Shown here piece after piece: positions 50,515 to 62,486 of a DNA stretch of 64,000 nucleotides. Source of the stretch: Mustelus asterias. Lineage: Eukaryota. Positions within the stretch are counted from its first letter, which is position 1. Each line of letters begins with the position of its first letter. The stretch is from assembly GCF_964213995.1 (NCBI RefSeq), contig NC_135816.1, positions 67,704,001 through 67,768,000 of the forward strand. Direction: 5' to 3'. Below the pieces are notes generated by a model. That model saw only the letters and a list, made by a program, of their open reading frames with translations. It had not been told where the DNA came from and made no database searches. The position numbers were made by a program, and so were the translations under genes.

Positions 50515-51502
50515 TGACTATCTTACCTTGGTAGCCAACAGCGTGGAGAGAGCAGGAACTGGGGAAAAACACAAGGAGAACCAACGGAAAATAGAAGCAT
50601 TGGAGATGCACAGCGTGCAGAGTGACTAATTGGGACTCAGAGTGGGGAATCACCCCAGGAGGGAGGGATTCTCCTAGGTAGAGATATTTTAGAGCTAGCT
50701 GCAAAGCTGCTGCAGCTCCTGAAGATCACTAAATAAATCCCTTTTTGTTCACTAACAAAGTCACTTAAAATGCATCACAACAGGAGCATAGCATTCTTCT
50801 GACCACTGCTCACTCACTCTTCACGCTTGACTATGGTGTCATAGGTAGCCATTCATTCCTTAAGGTCAGTCCTCCCTTGCATAACCTGTGGAAGCCCATT
50901 TGACAACTGCTTCTTGAAGAGAAAGATTAGTGGTAGCTGGTTTACCAGCCTTAATATGTGAGTTTTAGCGAATTAGCAGGGATAGAATGACATACTTTGT
51001 TATTATCCATGTTGCGCTGTTCATTTAGATATTTCGCACAAATAGACCTGTTTTTTGGCTTACGGTAGGCTTTGTTACACCAGACTGCTCATTAGACTGT
51101 CTTCCAAAGGAGAAGATAAAATATAACGCATCACTTGAGAGAATCCAGTCTTCCACACATGTGAGTTTTATCATTCTAGCCTTGCTCATGCTATCACGTA
51201 ACTATACACTGAGCTGTAAAGGAAGATATACTCTCACTTGTACAGGATGTTGATGCCGAATCAAAGAGCATATACAGTGATACCGGAAATTTGTAACAAT
51301 GATATATTTATGTCTGATTTTATACAATAACTCAGTCAGGAATTTGTAAGCTAATAGAAAGAATGATTAGTTATGACCCCATGCAGTATTTTGCCATTTC
51401 TGATCCAAATATGTTTACTTTTTAATAAGGAGCCAATCAAATTAGTTTTTCTTGAATTACAAAAGGAGCAAGTTTATTCAATACAAAATAAAAGATACAA
51501 AG

Positions 51503-51805
51503 ATAGGGTAAATATGTGGAGTTATGGGAATAGGGCCTGGGTGGGTTGGTTGTTGGTGCAGATTCGACAGACCAAATGGCCTCCTTCTGCACTGTAGGGA
51601 TTCTATGATTTAGGAAAGAAAAAAGGGTGGTTAGCACTGCTGCCTCACAGCGCCAGGGTTCCGGGTTCAATTCCAGCCTTGGGTTGTTGTCTGTGTGGCG
51701 TTTGCACATTCTCTCTCTGTCTGCATGGGCTTCGTCCCACAGTTGTGCGACTTAGTTGGCCATGCTAAATTGCCCCTTAGTGTTGGGGGACTAGTAGGAT
51801 AAATA
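51503..51805 (+). mobile_element. HE1 SINE pieces in tail-then-head order
   Basis: Tail 51503-51610 precedes head and core 51627-51805. Confidence 0.75.
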
Positions 51806-53532
51806 GCACACATACATATATTAGATGCAAGAAAGAGTCTAAATAAAAGTTAATCGTATATATAATTAAAATCTTTGTTTGTCCTTGAGGCATAGATTGT
51901 TGAATGTTGCAACCATTTGAAGTTACCTGGTTCCCATTAAAATCCTAGAGTTGAATTGTTGTCCAGATTAAGGCACCTTTGCTGGAGACAATTTCCTTCC
52001 TTTTAATTCCATCTTCCAAAAGTACATTAACATTTCATACGTTATCTCTGTGAATGATTTCAGACTGTGAAGAGATGGCTGCTGATAGCAATCTTCAGTC
52101 ACTGCGCCACATTTTCTTTTTTCAAGAGGTCATTTTTCAACAGTTAAGTATGTTGTTAATTAGCTGGTGGATTTATAGGTCGATCTCATTCAGTCACACT
52201 TTCCTGTCCAGGTGAGGAGGAGTGTAAGAACTCCTTTTTTATTCCCATTTCTTGGGTGATTGTAATGGATTTTGAAAGTTACAGGGATGAATGGGCCAAA
52301 TCAGTGTTTGTACTTAACTGCTTATATGCTGCTTGCAATGAACTCACTTAGACAGATCTTCTTGCATTTAAACAAGAAAGGGGTTGGTTTTAATAGTGGT
52401 AAAAATCCACCCCAACTAATGATATAAAAAATTAAAAATGTAAAAACACTGTCACAGCACAAACACACGTAAGGTACAGGAGGTTAACTTTGGCCAAATT
52501 AAGATTCAATCAGAAAAGACAAAGTTCTAATGAGTTCACTGGTTGCAAGTGGCTTGCTGATCTGGCTGCAGCAACTCAAATTGTTTAACTCTGGGCTGAT
52601 GGAGTTTAAAGTTTTGCTGTTATTTCTTCTTTCCTGCAAAGCTGGAGATCAAAGTCTGCTCCAGAATTTCCCTGTCTGCTGCCCACAGTCTGATATAAAC
52701 AAATGGGGTCCAATCTTAGCTAAAATGGAAAGAGACAAAGGGAGAAGAGGCTTTCTTCTCTGCTGCCAAAAACAAATTTTGTCTTTGTAATAAAGGGATT
52801 TCAAAAGATGGTAAGCAGTTTCAATCACATGATAAGTCCATTTGGAAGGCTCATGGTGACAATGTAGATGCCACCAGCCAGCCAAATCCAGTGAATGACA
52901 CAATCTGTTGCTTTTTAGCACTTCATTGTGCATAATCAGCTTTATTAGCTCTCTTTGGTTACTGGATCAGGCTCAGAATCAATATGTCTGGGTTTATTGT
53001 TCTTTTGTTGAAATAATCCTTGACATTAGCCAGTGTAAAATTCTCCAGGAATTGTCCAATTTAATTTACTTTGTAAACTTCCCTAAACTTTACCAAATTA
53101 TAGTTCCAGAAAGAACTGGAGACCTCTGGCAGCCATCTTAAGTCAGTGTGTTTGTTTCAGCAGTTGAAATTGCTTTTTAAAAATTTCCCATTTTAAAAAC
53201 AAATCACCATGTGATTACAGTTGATGGAAATTAAAATTTAATATTTGACACCAAAGTACTTCCAAAACAGGATAGAGTACTGTTTACTTACCTGTCTAAT
53301 GTTAAGGAACGGTCAGTTTTCAGGAGTGGTCAGTGATGTTTGACTCTCTTACATCTTGTGTGAAGACACCAAAATTAGTTTGTGACATGCATTGGACCTG
53401 ACAATCATGTTTGAAAGCATTCAGTAGCATTTGTCTTATTAAAGTAATTAAGAGATTGGTGTGGAACAAACTCTTGAAACTCTGAACGCTGCAACTTTGA
53501 TTTCTAATCTTTTAGTTGATTTCAATTGACCA

Positions 53533-53831
53533 GGCAGCACAGTGGTTAGCAATGTTACCTCACAGCGCCAGAGACTCTGCTTCGATCCCCGGCTTCGGTC
53601 ACTGTCTTTGCGGAGTCTGCACGTTCTCCCTGTGTTTGCATGGGTTTCCTCTGGGTGCTCTGGCTTCCTCTCATAGTCCAAAAGACATGTTGGTTAGGTG
53701 CATTGGCCATTCTAAATTCTTCCTTCGTGTACCCTTACAGGCTTGGGAGTGTGGTGACTAGGGGATTTTCACAGTAACTTCTTTGCAGTGTTAATGTAAG
53801 CCTACTTGTAACGCTAATAAATAAATAAATT
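53533..53831 (+). mobile_element. V-SINE with alternative 3' tail
   Basis: Head and V-core followed by GTAAGCCTACTTGT..(AATA)n. Confidence 0.87.
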
Positions 53832-54012
53832 AAGCAACTGGGGCATGGCAATTGGCTCAAGGATCCCAAAGTCAATGGACAGAAATAACAGCATGGCGTT
53901 CAGTTCCTGTTAGGTATCCAGTGATATTGTAAAAAAGGAACGATGTAACTCCAATTGTTAATCCCTATAAAACTGTTGAGAGGAAATCACATCACTAAAA
54001 CATTCTGTATTG

Positions 54013-54457
54013 CTTAATTGTCTGGTTTTCGCTTTGAATATTCGCTCTTTCAGATGGTGTTCGTAAAGCAGAAGTGGAAATGAATAGGGTTGGGAAGCAT
54101 TTTCTGTTCATGGCCAGTGTGATCTCCTGGACTCGTTTCGATCGCCTCAGGGGGTCGGAGAGGAATTTCCCAGATTTTTTTCCCCCATATTGGCCCTGGG
54201 GTTTTCACTCTGGGTTTTCGCCTCTCCCTGGAGATCACATGGTCTGAAATGGGAGGGTGGGGGTGAGTTAATAGGTTGTGATGAACAAAGCATCGTAGCT
54301 GTGAGGGACAGCTCGGTGGATAGGATATTAGGATGTAGATAGGCTGGAAAATTGGGCGGGGATCCTGGATTCAGGATTCAATCCTGGACCGGGGAGCGGC
54401 GCGGGCTTGGAGGGCCGAAGGGCCTGTTCCTGTGCTGTATTGTTCTTTGTTCTTTGT
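54013..54457 (+). mobile_element. Non-coding retroposon ending in a CR1 tail
   Basis: The last ~65 nt nearly match 2559-2630; TTCTGTATTG occurs at both flanks. Confidence 0.6.
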
Positions 54458-55624
54458 GTAACATGTTCTGTATTGGGAAGGTTTCCTGCCACCTATGAGT
54501 AACCTTGGTCAAAATCCAATAAGTGTCTTCAAAAACTGCTTTGTTTATTTTATAGTCCTTTCAAAGCTTCTAGGTAAGAACATCTGTCTCTTGTACAGAC
54601 AATTCCATCTTTTCTTCTCAGTCTCTTGCACATGATTGCTGATGTCACTGTTCCATCATACATTACAATCTCATTCGCCCCTTTTAAATATGTTAAGAAA
54701 TATTTTTACAGAGGCTAGTAAGTACCTATTTTCATTTTCCCATTCTCTCCTCCTTTTTGTAGTCTAGTGCAGCAGTCAAGAGGTTGTTTTGCTGATGAGC
54801 ATTTTCCTGTGGGGAATAATTCTCTGCTGCTTAAAGGTGGGCAGATGGGAGTTGCTTTCTTAACGTTACATTTCCTGGTTGGGTGTCTGATAGCAATTGA
54901 AGGACGACACCATTGTGTATTTGCTGGAATATGAGGCTGGTAGCAAAGTAAAAAGATTAACAACCCACGGTTTGTTGTTGGAGAGGGAATTTGTTTGGAA
55001 GTTGATGGATAACATCACACGATCAATATAGGTAACAAGTACCTAAGCTCATTAGGGCTGAGGAGAGAAAGATTATATTGACTTGAAACCTGTTGATGCA
55101 CTGTGCAGTTACATTGATGTGGGAAACGATTAAAGGAAAGTCAAGAAGAAACCATGAATAAATAAGTGAGGCAAACAAAATACAAAAATAGTCATGGACT
55201 TAAAACACAACAAGAAATTCAAAGACACTTGAAGTATGATCTGTCACTTTTGGGAAATGAGGTGGGACCAACTTCCAGTTTCTAATTACGGGCTCATTAA
55301 ATAGTCATTCCAGACAGGCAGATACATGCTAAATTAAGACCAAAAGTCTGTGAAGGCTGGAAATCTGAAATGGAAATTAAAATACAGGAAATACTCAACA
55401 TTTCTGGCAGAATTTCTGGAGAGGATGTGTTAATGAACTGTATTTTTTTGCTACTATGATGGGTAGCTCATGTCAGGAAGGTCCCCGGCTCATTGCACTC
55501 ATTCAATTAAAAAGATCCTCGAATAGCACAACTTTTGTTTCTGGGGAGATGGATGTGTGATAGAATTAGGCCCACCACCCTCGGAAGCAGATTGGAAGTG
55601 GCTAGAGGATCGGCTACATACTGA

Positions 55625-56375
55625 TATAAGAACATAGAAGCAGGAGTGGCCATCTGGCCCATCGAGCCTGCTCCGCCATTCAATAAGATCATGGCTGATC
55701 TTTTTGTGGACTCAGCTCCACTTACCCCCCCATTCACCATAACCCTTAATTCCTTTACTGTTCAAAAATGTATCTTTCCTTGCCTTAAAACCATTCAATG
55801 AGGTAGCCTCAACTGCTTGACTGGGCAGGGAATTCCACAGATTCACAACCCTTTGTGTGAAGAAGTTCCTCCTCAACTCAGTCCTAAATCTGCTTCCCCT
55901 TATTTTGAGGCTATGCCCCCTAGTTCTAATTTCACCTGCCAGTGGAAACAACTTCCCTGCTTCTATCTTATCTATTCCTTCTTAATCTTATATGTTTCTA
56001 TAAGATCTCCCCCCATTCTTCTGAATTCCAATGAGTATAGCCCCAGTCTACTCAGTCTCTCCTCATAAGCCAACCCTCTCAACCCCGGAATCAACTTAGT
56101 GAATCTCCTCTGCACCCCCTCCAGTGTCAGTATATCCTTTCTCAAGTAAGGAGACCAAAACTGTACACAGTACTCCAGATATGGCCTCACCAGCACCTTA
56201 TACAGCTGCAACATAACCTTGCTGGTTTTAAACTCCATCCCTTTAGCAATAAAGGACAAAATTCCATTTGCCGCCTTAATTACCTGCAGCACCTGCAAAC
56301 CAACTCTGAGATTCCTGCACAAGGACACCCAGGTCCCTCTGCACAGCAGCAGGCTGCAATTTTTTACCATTTAAT
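55625..56375 (-). mobile_element. CR1 3' end
   Basis: LYKVLVRPYLEYCVQFWSP, FFTQRVVNLWNSLP and tail. Confidence 0.92.
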
Positions 56376-57924
56376 ATAGGCTGGTTAAGAGGTCCATCTT
56401 ATTACTCTGGGGTTTCACCCCATTTGTTTTGTTATATTTTAGGCCCTTTAGCCTTCACCACTACCCATTCCCCATGCCACATGTCAAGTCATATTAGTAT
56501 CTATCACCTTTTATACCCTCCATGACAATCCACCCAGTATCCACCATGGGCAGAGCTCAGAAGCCATGGTAAAATGAAATGAAGTACTAAAATGTAATTC
56601 AGCCTTCACAATAGTAAACCAGATTCCCATGTTTCAAATCTCAAATGCCTAATCTTTATTAAAAACAAACTTCTATTCATAATCCTGTCTCAAACACAGC
56701 TAATCTTTTTACAACCTCTCAACAGTCATTCAAACTGTGAGCACCCTGCTGAGATAATTATTGCTTTTGGAAATCAGCCAAGGTTTCATAAAGAGCCATT
56801 CAAGAAGCATCAACAAACAACTAGTGAAACTGCGAGAACAGAGGATTTTAAAAAATACTTTCGCTGATTCTGACAGCCTGGTTTTGTTTTTAAAGAGTTG
56901 TTAAAGAGTTCAGAAGTTAAATATCACATCATGACACTCAAACAAACCTTATCCACCCTTCAACAACCTTTTTGTCTACTTCATGAATTTGTGACTCCAG
57001 CATTGTGGGTTGAGTTTGTCGCAGCAACTCCAGTGGGGGTCTGTTGAATTCATCATTGAGTTTCCCACCCTGCACTCCTTCCCCTGCCAGCAAAGATTGG
57101 AGCTGTCAGATGTGGGGCCAGGATTCCTGATGGGAGCTAATGAAGGTAAGGGGGGAGGGGTGGGGGGCACTGTGGAAGGAGGACTGTCCAAGCAGAGTGG
57201 GGAAGGGTGATGCGGCACAATGGCAGACAGGTCCCAGGAGGTGGATGAGGATGATGAACATTAGAAAACAGAGGGAAAACCGAGGGGAGGGAATCTGGAT
57301 CCTGACAAAACTGTATGAACTTCCCACAAACAAGGGGGTCAAAGGGATGCCTCACTATTTACTGGAAGAGGTTACAGGCAGACTCCAGAAGCCAGATGAG
57401 GTAGGTAGAGGTCCACGAAGGGCATGGGTGCCTTTGGCAGATGCTGGATTTTGGGGGAGGATGGGAATGTGCACCACAACAATGACTGGATCCAGAACAT
57501 CTGCAGGGATGGTTGCTGGAGGATAAGGGCTATCCATTTAAACACTGGTTCATGACTCCAGTGTGCCGAGGAGAGGTACAACACTGCTCACAGCTCAATA
57601 CATTCTCTACCAGACCAGACCATAAGACTTCAGATGCCTGGACTGCTCAAGTGGCTCTCTGCAATACGCACTGAGAGGGTTTCCTAGATTATCACAGTTT
57701 GTTGTGCCCTTCACAATCTGGTAATGTAAAGAGGTGAGCTCTACACAAAAGGACCAGAGGATAGAGCATGAGAAACATGGCAGATGGGATGGTGGTGAAA
57801 GTGTCTGTGACAGAATGAGGATTGGTATGTTTCCCCTGTTAATGGATCTATGTGTAGAGAGTTGCCATATGACTACATAATGACATGATGATAGTTTGAG
57901 AGTGGAGGTAGCTGAGAGAGGACT

Positions 57925-58145
57925 TGCCATGGTGGGGCAGATGAGATTATCCATCCTGCATTGTGTTTCTGGCACAATTGGCAATCATGCTGACTATCTG
58001 GACAATGGCATCCCAGGCCAGAGCGGTGAAGTTGATGTGCTTCCTGGAGCCATCTCTTGAGTAGAGGACTTCTTCTGTGCCTGGACAGAATCAAGACCTC
58101 AAGGGCATGGCGGTTGAATCAGGGTGCAGACCACTTCCTGAGGCT
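57925..58145 (-). pseudogene. Second, more decayed Harbinger Myb/SANT-like exon
   Basis: Frameshifted SAP.F..ALEVL..EVLYSRDG..AWDAIVQIVS..RMDNL, paralleling 45167-45378. Confidence 0.5.
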
Positions 58146-59306
58146 GTTAGCCTTGTGCTTCTGGATTCCAGATGTTTTGCATGGTCTTGTAAAGACAGCT
58201 GTTGAGAGTAATATGAATGTGTGCTGGACTGGTGTTCAAATATGGCATTGGGATCTTCAATCTGGTTAGCTGATGGCAGCTGGTCAAATCAGCAGGGTGA
58301 TTTGAAGAGATAATCATGCGTGATTAATGAGGGTACAAATGCAGAATCGGGCACCAGTTCATGCCATTTCAGCCAATGGCCTGCATGGGCGCATGTGCAC
58401 TCACAGCTCAATACACTTCCCCTTCTAACCCAAAAGTAGAATAGTGCCGATGCTGGAGATCTCAAATCAAAACAGAAAGCGCTGGAAAAACTCAGCAGGT
58501 GTGACAGCATTTGTGGAGAGAGGAATAGAGTTAACATTTCAAGACCATCTGACACTTCCTGAGACACCCTCTTGAAGGAAACTAAGTCGAGACTCTGTGT
58601 TTAAACTTCTTCAAAATCCTTCATTTAAGAGTTCCAGGTTTTGACCCCGCAACAATGAGGGAACGGTGAGTTCCAAGTCAGGATGGTATCTTGGAACTTG
58701 CAGGTGGTGATGTTCCCAAGCATCTGCTGCCCTTGTTCTTCTAGAAATAGGTTACTTTGTCCATCACATTTCTTTGTCAAACTCAATTAGACCCAGTACA
58801 CTACTTTTTTCCCTCCCTACTCATTTACTTTTCAAATTAAATATTTACCCATCTCTTTAAAAATTGTTTGAAGTTTTCTAATGGTCACTGGTGGGATATT
58901 TGTGCCCTAACAACCCTCTACACAAATAAATACTGACCATTTTGCCCTTTAGATAATGATGATCTCAAATTTTGCCCTCTAGTAGATCTGCATTAATTTC
59001 TAATGAGCTCCATTAAGTTCTCATTACCTAGCTGAGTGAAGCCAGAGGTTATGGAGGTTCAAGTGAAAACATTCCTATGTTAATCCTGGCTCTTTATGTG
59101 GAACTATTTACTCCAGTCTCATTTGCCCACCCTGTCTCCATCTTTCTTTAAAAACTCTTCCTTTCCAAGTTCATCTCCAGTTCTATTTTAGACAATTTGA
59201 TGATCTTGGCCCCTACATCAAAGCATTCCAAATCCAAAACAGCCCTTTAGGGAAAATAATATTTCTACACGACTTTGGTCTTCCAGTGATAATCCTCAGA
59301 TATATC

Positions 59307-59637
59307 TGATGCGCGATATAACTCACGAGGCTAGAGATGCTCGAGGAAATAAAGGCTTTTATTTACTATTACAATGGAGCTACCATATATAATACACGAT
59401 CCCAGACTGAGGGGTCCCAGACAGAGCAGTGACCTTTATACCTCTCCCAGGAGGCGGAGCCCGACTGGGATGTACCATAATAACTATAATACAGGTAGAA
59501 CAGCCCAACCCTAACCCCAACAGTAACAAGTAGAACAACCCAACCCTAACCCCAACAGCAACATATATACAGACTCATAGTACTGGCCAGACCCTGGCTC
59601 AGTACTACCTGGTGGGAACCAACGATGGTTCACCACA
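59307..59637 (-). repeat. 3' LTR (331 bp)
   Basis: TG...CA termini, adjacent PPT, minus-strand TATAAA and AATAAA. Confidence 0.95.
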
Positions 59638-59705
59638 TTCACCCCTCCTTTGAAGACAAAGGCCGGCGGGGTACAAAAAAAAACACAGAATAATTTGTCA
59701 TCAGT

Positions 59706-62465
59706 CTATAAGTTCAGACGGTCAGGGGGACCGCACCGTCGTTGTGACCTCCTCAACACCGGCGATGACACCGGAGTCGGCACTCGCGGTGGCGTTCTCC
59801 CCAAGGCGGTGTCCAACGGCTCCTCCACTGTCTCACGGGCCGGTTGACCCCGAGGTGATGATAATCCGTTGAGTTCGGACACGCCTTGAAGTGGCGACCA
59901 TCTCCTGGACTCAGGCAAGCTGTACACGGGAGTAAAAGGGTTAAGTAATGGTCCCGATGCTGCCCGCACCGTGTCAGATGGGGAAACAATAGTTGGGGGA
60001 TCTCTAACAGGAGGTATGGGAGCGACAGGGGTTTCCATGTCCCCTGCTGGCGCCAGGTCTCGAATCGAGACCGTGTCCTCATGCCCGTTAGGGTATGCCA
60101 CATAGGCATACTGAGGGTTGGCGTGGAGGAGATGGACCTGTTCAACCAAAGGGTCGGACTTGCGGGCCCTAACATGTCGCCGCAGGAGGACAGATCCTGA
60201 GTACGTCAACCAAGACGGAAATGAGGTCCCAGAGGAAGACTTCCGAGGGAATGAAAACAGCCTCTCATGGGGGGTAGCGTAGGTTGCCGTACACAGGAGT
60301 GAGCGTATGGAATGGAGCGCATCAGGGAGCACCTCTTGCCAACGGGAGACTGGAAGGCTTATTGACTTCAACGCCAGTAAGACAGCCTTCCAGACTGTAG
60401 CATTCTCATGTTCCACCTGTCCGTTACCCCTAGGGTTGTAGCTCATGGTTCTACTAGAGGCAATCCCGTATGAGAGCAGGTATTGCCTCAAGTCATCGCT
60501 CATGAACGACGAGCCCCTATCGCTGTGGATGTAGCAGGGGTACCCGAACAGGGTGAAAAGATCACAAAATGCCTTGATAACCGTGGCAGTGGTTGTATCA
60601 GAACAGAGAATGACAAAAGGGAATCTCGAGTACTCATCAATGATGTTGAGGAAGTACACATTCCGATCTGTCGAGGGAAGGGGACCCTTAAAGTCCACAC
60701 TCAGTCTTTCGAAGGGACGAGTGGCCTTAATGAGTTGTGCCCTGTCAGGTCGGTAAAAATGCGGTTTGCATTCCGCGCATACCCGGCAGCTTCTAGTTAT
60801 GGACCTGACATCCTCCACCGAGTAGGGTAGATTCCGGGCTTTTACGAAGTGGTAGAGCCAAGTGACCCCTGGATGGCAGAGGTCATTGTGGAGAGCCTGC
60901 AAACGGTCCTCCTGCATACTGGCGCATGTTCCACGCGACAGGGCATCCGAGGGCTCGTTGAGTTTCCCTGGACGATACATGATGTCGTAATTATAGGTGG
61001 AGAGTTCGATTCTCCACCTCAAGATCTTATCGTTCTTGATCTTGCCCCGTAACGTGTTATTGAACATGAACGCCACAGACCGCTGGTCCGTGATCAGGGT
61101 GAACCGTTTTCCCGCCAAGTAATGGCGCCAATGCCGGACGGCCTCCACAATGGCCTGGGCCTCCTTTTCCACCGCTGAATGTCGAATTTCGGGGCCTTGG
61201 AGGGTGCGAGAAAAAAAGGCGACGGGCCTGCCCGCCTGGTTAAGTGTGGCGGCCAGGGCGAAATCAGATGCATCGCTCTCCACCTGAAAGGGGATGGAGA
61301 CATCGACAGCGTGCATCGTGGCTTTCGCGATGTCGGCTTTTAGTTTTTCAAAGGCCAAACGAGCCTCTGGTGCTAGGGGAAAAGAGGTAGACTTGATGAG
61401 CGGACGGGCTTTGTCCGTGTAATTGGGGACCCACTGTGCGTAGTAAGAGAAGAAGCCTAAGCATCTTCTCAGTGCTTTTACGCTAGTGGGCAGGGGAAGT
61501 TCAAGGAGGGGACGCATACGGTCTGGATCAGGGCCAATGACCCCGTTTTCCACCACGTATCCGAGGATAGCTAGGCGGCGCGTGCGAAATACACACTTCT
61601 CCCTGTTGTAGGTCAGATTCAGGCGAGATGCAGTGCGTAGGAATTTAAGGAGATTGGTATCGTGGTCCTGCTGGTCATGGCCGCAGATGGTGACGTTATC
61701 CAGGTACGGGAAGGTAGCCCGCAGTCCGTTATGGTCCACCATTCGGCCAATAGCACACTGGAAGACCGAGACCCCATTGGTGACACCAAAAGGAACCCTT
61801 AGAAAATGGTACAAGCGACCATCCGCCTCAAAGGCCGTGTATTGTCGGTCCTCTGGGCGAATGGGGAGCTGGTGGTAGGCAGACTTTAGGTCGATGGTGG
61901 AGAACACCCGGTACTGCGCAATCTGATTGACCATGTCAGATATGCGCGGGAGGGGATACGCATCCAGCTGCGTGTATCTATTAATGGTCTGACTATAGTC
62001 AATGACCATCCGGGGTTTGTTCCCACTCTTGACCACCACGACCTGCGCTCTCCAAGGACTAGCGCTAGATTGTATGATCCCTTCCTTGAGGAGCCGCTGA
62101 ACCTCAGATCGAATGAAGATCCGATCCTCAGCGCTGTAATGCCTACTCTTAGTCGCGATGGGCTTGCAGCCTGGCACAAGATTCTGGAATAGGGAGGGTG
62201 TGGTAATCTTAAGCGTCGAGAGGCTACAGGTGGAGCGCGTTGGGCAATTTAGAGGTTGCGAGTCTCCCACTGAAAGCGGAGGGAGTGGCCCACCGTACTG
62301 TAGGGTTACACTCTTCAAGTGGACCATGAAATTTAGTCCGAGGAGTATTGGCGCACAAAGATGCGGTAACACCAGGAGCTTGAAGCTCTCGTAAACCGTG
62401 CCCTGCACCGTTAAATTTACCACGCAACTCCCTAGCACAGTGACAGACCGGGACCTTGATGCCAT
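59706..62465 (-). CDS. pol: Pol: protease C-terminal half, RT, RNase H, integrase
   Basis: ILLGLNF, YLDN (YxDD variant), ESDASD..EKEA..TDQ, HHCC zinc finger, VDF..HSDRG..NGQVE. Confidence 0.93.
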   Translation of the reverse strand: MASRSRSVTVLGSCVVNLTVQGTVYESFKLLVLPHLCAPILLGLNFMVHLKSVTLQYGGPLPPLSVGDSQPLNCPTRSTCSLSTLKITTPSLFQNLVPGCKPIATKSRHYSAEDRIFIRSEVQRLLKEGIIQSSASPWRAQVVVVKSGNKPRMVIDYSQTINRYTQLDAYPLPRISDMVNQIAQYRVFSTIDLKSAYHQLPIRPEDRQYTAFEADGRLYHFLRVPFGVTNGVSVFQCAIGRMVDHNGLRATFPYLDNVTICGHDQQDHDTNLLKFLRTASRLNLTYNREKCVFRTRRLAILGYVVENGVIGPDPDRMRPLLELPLPTSVKALRRCLGFFSYYAQWVPNYTDKARPLIKSTSFPLAPEARLAFEKLKADIAKATMHAVDVSIPFQVESDASDFALAATLNQAGRPVAFFSRTLQGPEIRHSAVEKEAQAIVEAVRHWRHYLAGKRFTLITDQRSVAFMFNNTLRGKIKNDKILRWRIELSTYNYDIMYRPGKLNEPSDALSRGTCASMQEDRLQALHNDLCHPGVTWLYHFVKARNLPYSVEDVRSITRSCRVCAECKPHFYRPDRAQLIKATRPFERLSVDFKGPLPSTDRNVYFLNIIDEYSRFPFVILCSDTTTATVIKAFCDLFTLFGYPCYIHSDRGSSFMSDDLRQYLLSYGIASSRTMSYNPRGNGQVEHENATVWKAVLLALKSISLPVSRWQEVLPDALHSIRSLLCTATYATPHERLFSFPRKSSSGTSFPSWLTYSGSVLLRRHVRARKSDPLVEQVHLLHANPQYAYVAYPNGHEDTVSIRDLAPAGDMETPVAPIPPVRDPPTIVSPSDTVRAASGPLLNPFTPVYSLPESRRWSPLQGVSELNGLSSPRGQPARETVEEPLDTALGRTPPRVPTPVSSPVLRRSQRRCGPPDRLNL

Positions 62466-62486
62466 CGAAATCGTCTGCTTGACAGG

